The notes below the pieces were generated by a model that ran no database searches, was not told where the DNA came from, and was given only the letters and a program-made list of their open reading frames with translations. A stretch of DNA of 64,000 bases from contig NC_043006.1 of assembly GCF_006345805.1 (NCBI RefSeq), forward strand, positions 91,016,001 through 91,080,000, given 5' to 3'. The position numbers and the translations under genes were made by a program. Of this stretch, positions 63,341-64,000 are shown in pieces (the stretch's first letter is position 1; the number at the start of each line of letters is the position of its first letter). Origin of the DNA: Octopus sinensis (lineage: Eukaryota).

Positions 63341-64000
63341 CATAAACAGATATTAAATGATGATAGAGAGATAGAGAGAGAGAGAGGGGGATAGTTAGAT
63401 AGATATATATACACATATGCATATATATCTATACATATGTACCTACGTAATTCATATTCAGAAAATCCAAGCTTTTATCACTTCTGTCAAATGAATTGTG
63501 TTAAGTACTCTTTTCGTCTTCCCTTTATACACTCTGATAATTGCAGGTATCTAAACCAACATGCACTCATATATATTTACATATCTGTGCTTGTGTAGAC
63601 CTGTATATACACGTGTGTGTGTGTGTGTGAGGGATAACGTTTGTGTGTTAAACAAGTATCCAATACATCATTTCAGTATTGCTTCATTCTATGTAATCTC
63701 ATTTGAGAGGACTGATATTCCCCAGCCACATTTAACTAATTATGTTTATCTGAATGCATGTGTGCACATGTACATGTTACACCTGCCCAAAACATACAAC
63801 AAAATTATTAATTGGAATAAGTAGCTCACAACAATTCAATTTAGATACTGTTGTTTTTGTTTTCCTATATAACATAGCGATATGCATTAAAGTGTAAACC
63901 GTAGATAATTTTTTCCCCTTTCCATTAAGAATCAGTAATATTTTTGTATTCTATATTTTAACAGTGTTATGTTTCAACAAAAATTTTCTCTTGTTCTCTG

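Noticed and set aside
8562-63824. Many 60-100 aa ORFs with IIII, YIYI, CVCV, SLSL or DDDD runs
   Set aside because: Translations of microsatellites and low-complexity DNA.
1-64000. CRISPR array, prokaryotic operon or defence system
   Set aside because: No regularly spaced repeat-spacer array, no dense gene packing; the architecture is that of an intron-rich animal genome.

Overview
This is AT-rich eukaryotic genomic DNA, not prokaryotic: no operons, CRISPR arrays, rRNA or true tRNA genes were seen. Its SINE and LINE families resemble those of octopus (OK- and OR-type SINEs, abundant RTE tails), so a coleoid cephalopod source is inferred. One protein-coding exon is confidently identifiable: a 306-nt plus-strand internal exon of RXYLT1/TMEM5 at 14374-14679. 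I could not find its neighbouring exons, so most of the window is probably large introns. The rest is a dense transposon landscape: a near-intact RTE LINE with a PHD finger inside ORF2, many 3'-truncated RTE copies, R4/Dong-like endonuclease fragments at TAA/CAT microsatellites, tRNA-derived SINEs, Tc1, mariner, hAT and piggyBac-type DNA elements, and many microsatellites. The most unusual observations are the PHD-bearing RTE, a tandemly duplicated nested palindrome in (TA)n at about 44.6-45.2 kb, serial RTE insertions into one (TA)n array, and a tail-to-tail inverted RTE pair. Several unannotated candidate exons are reported at low confidence. All alignments and family names are by eye or from memory; no searches were run.
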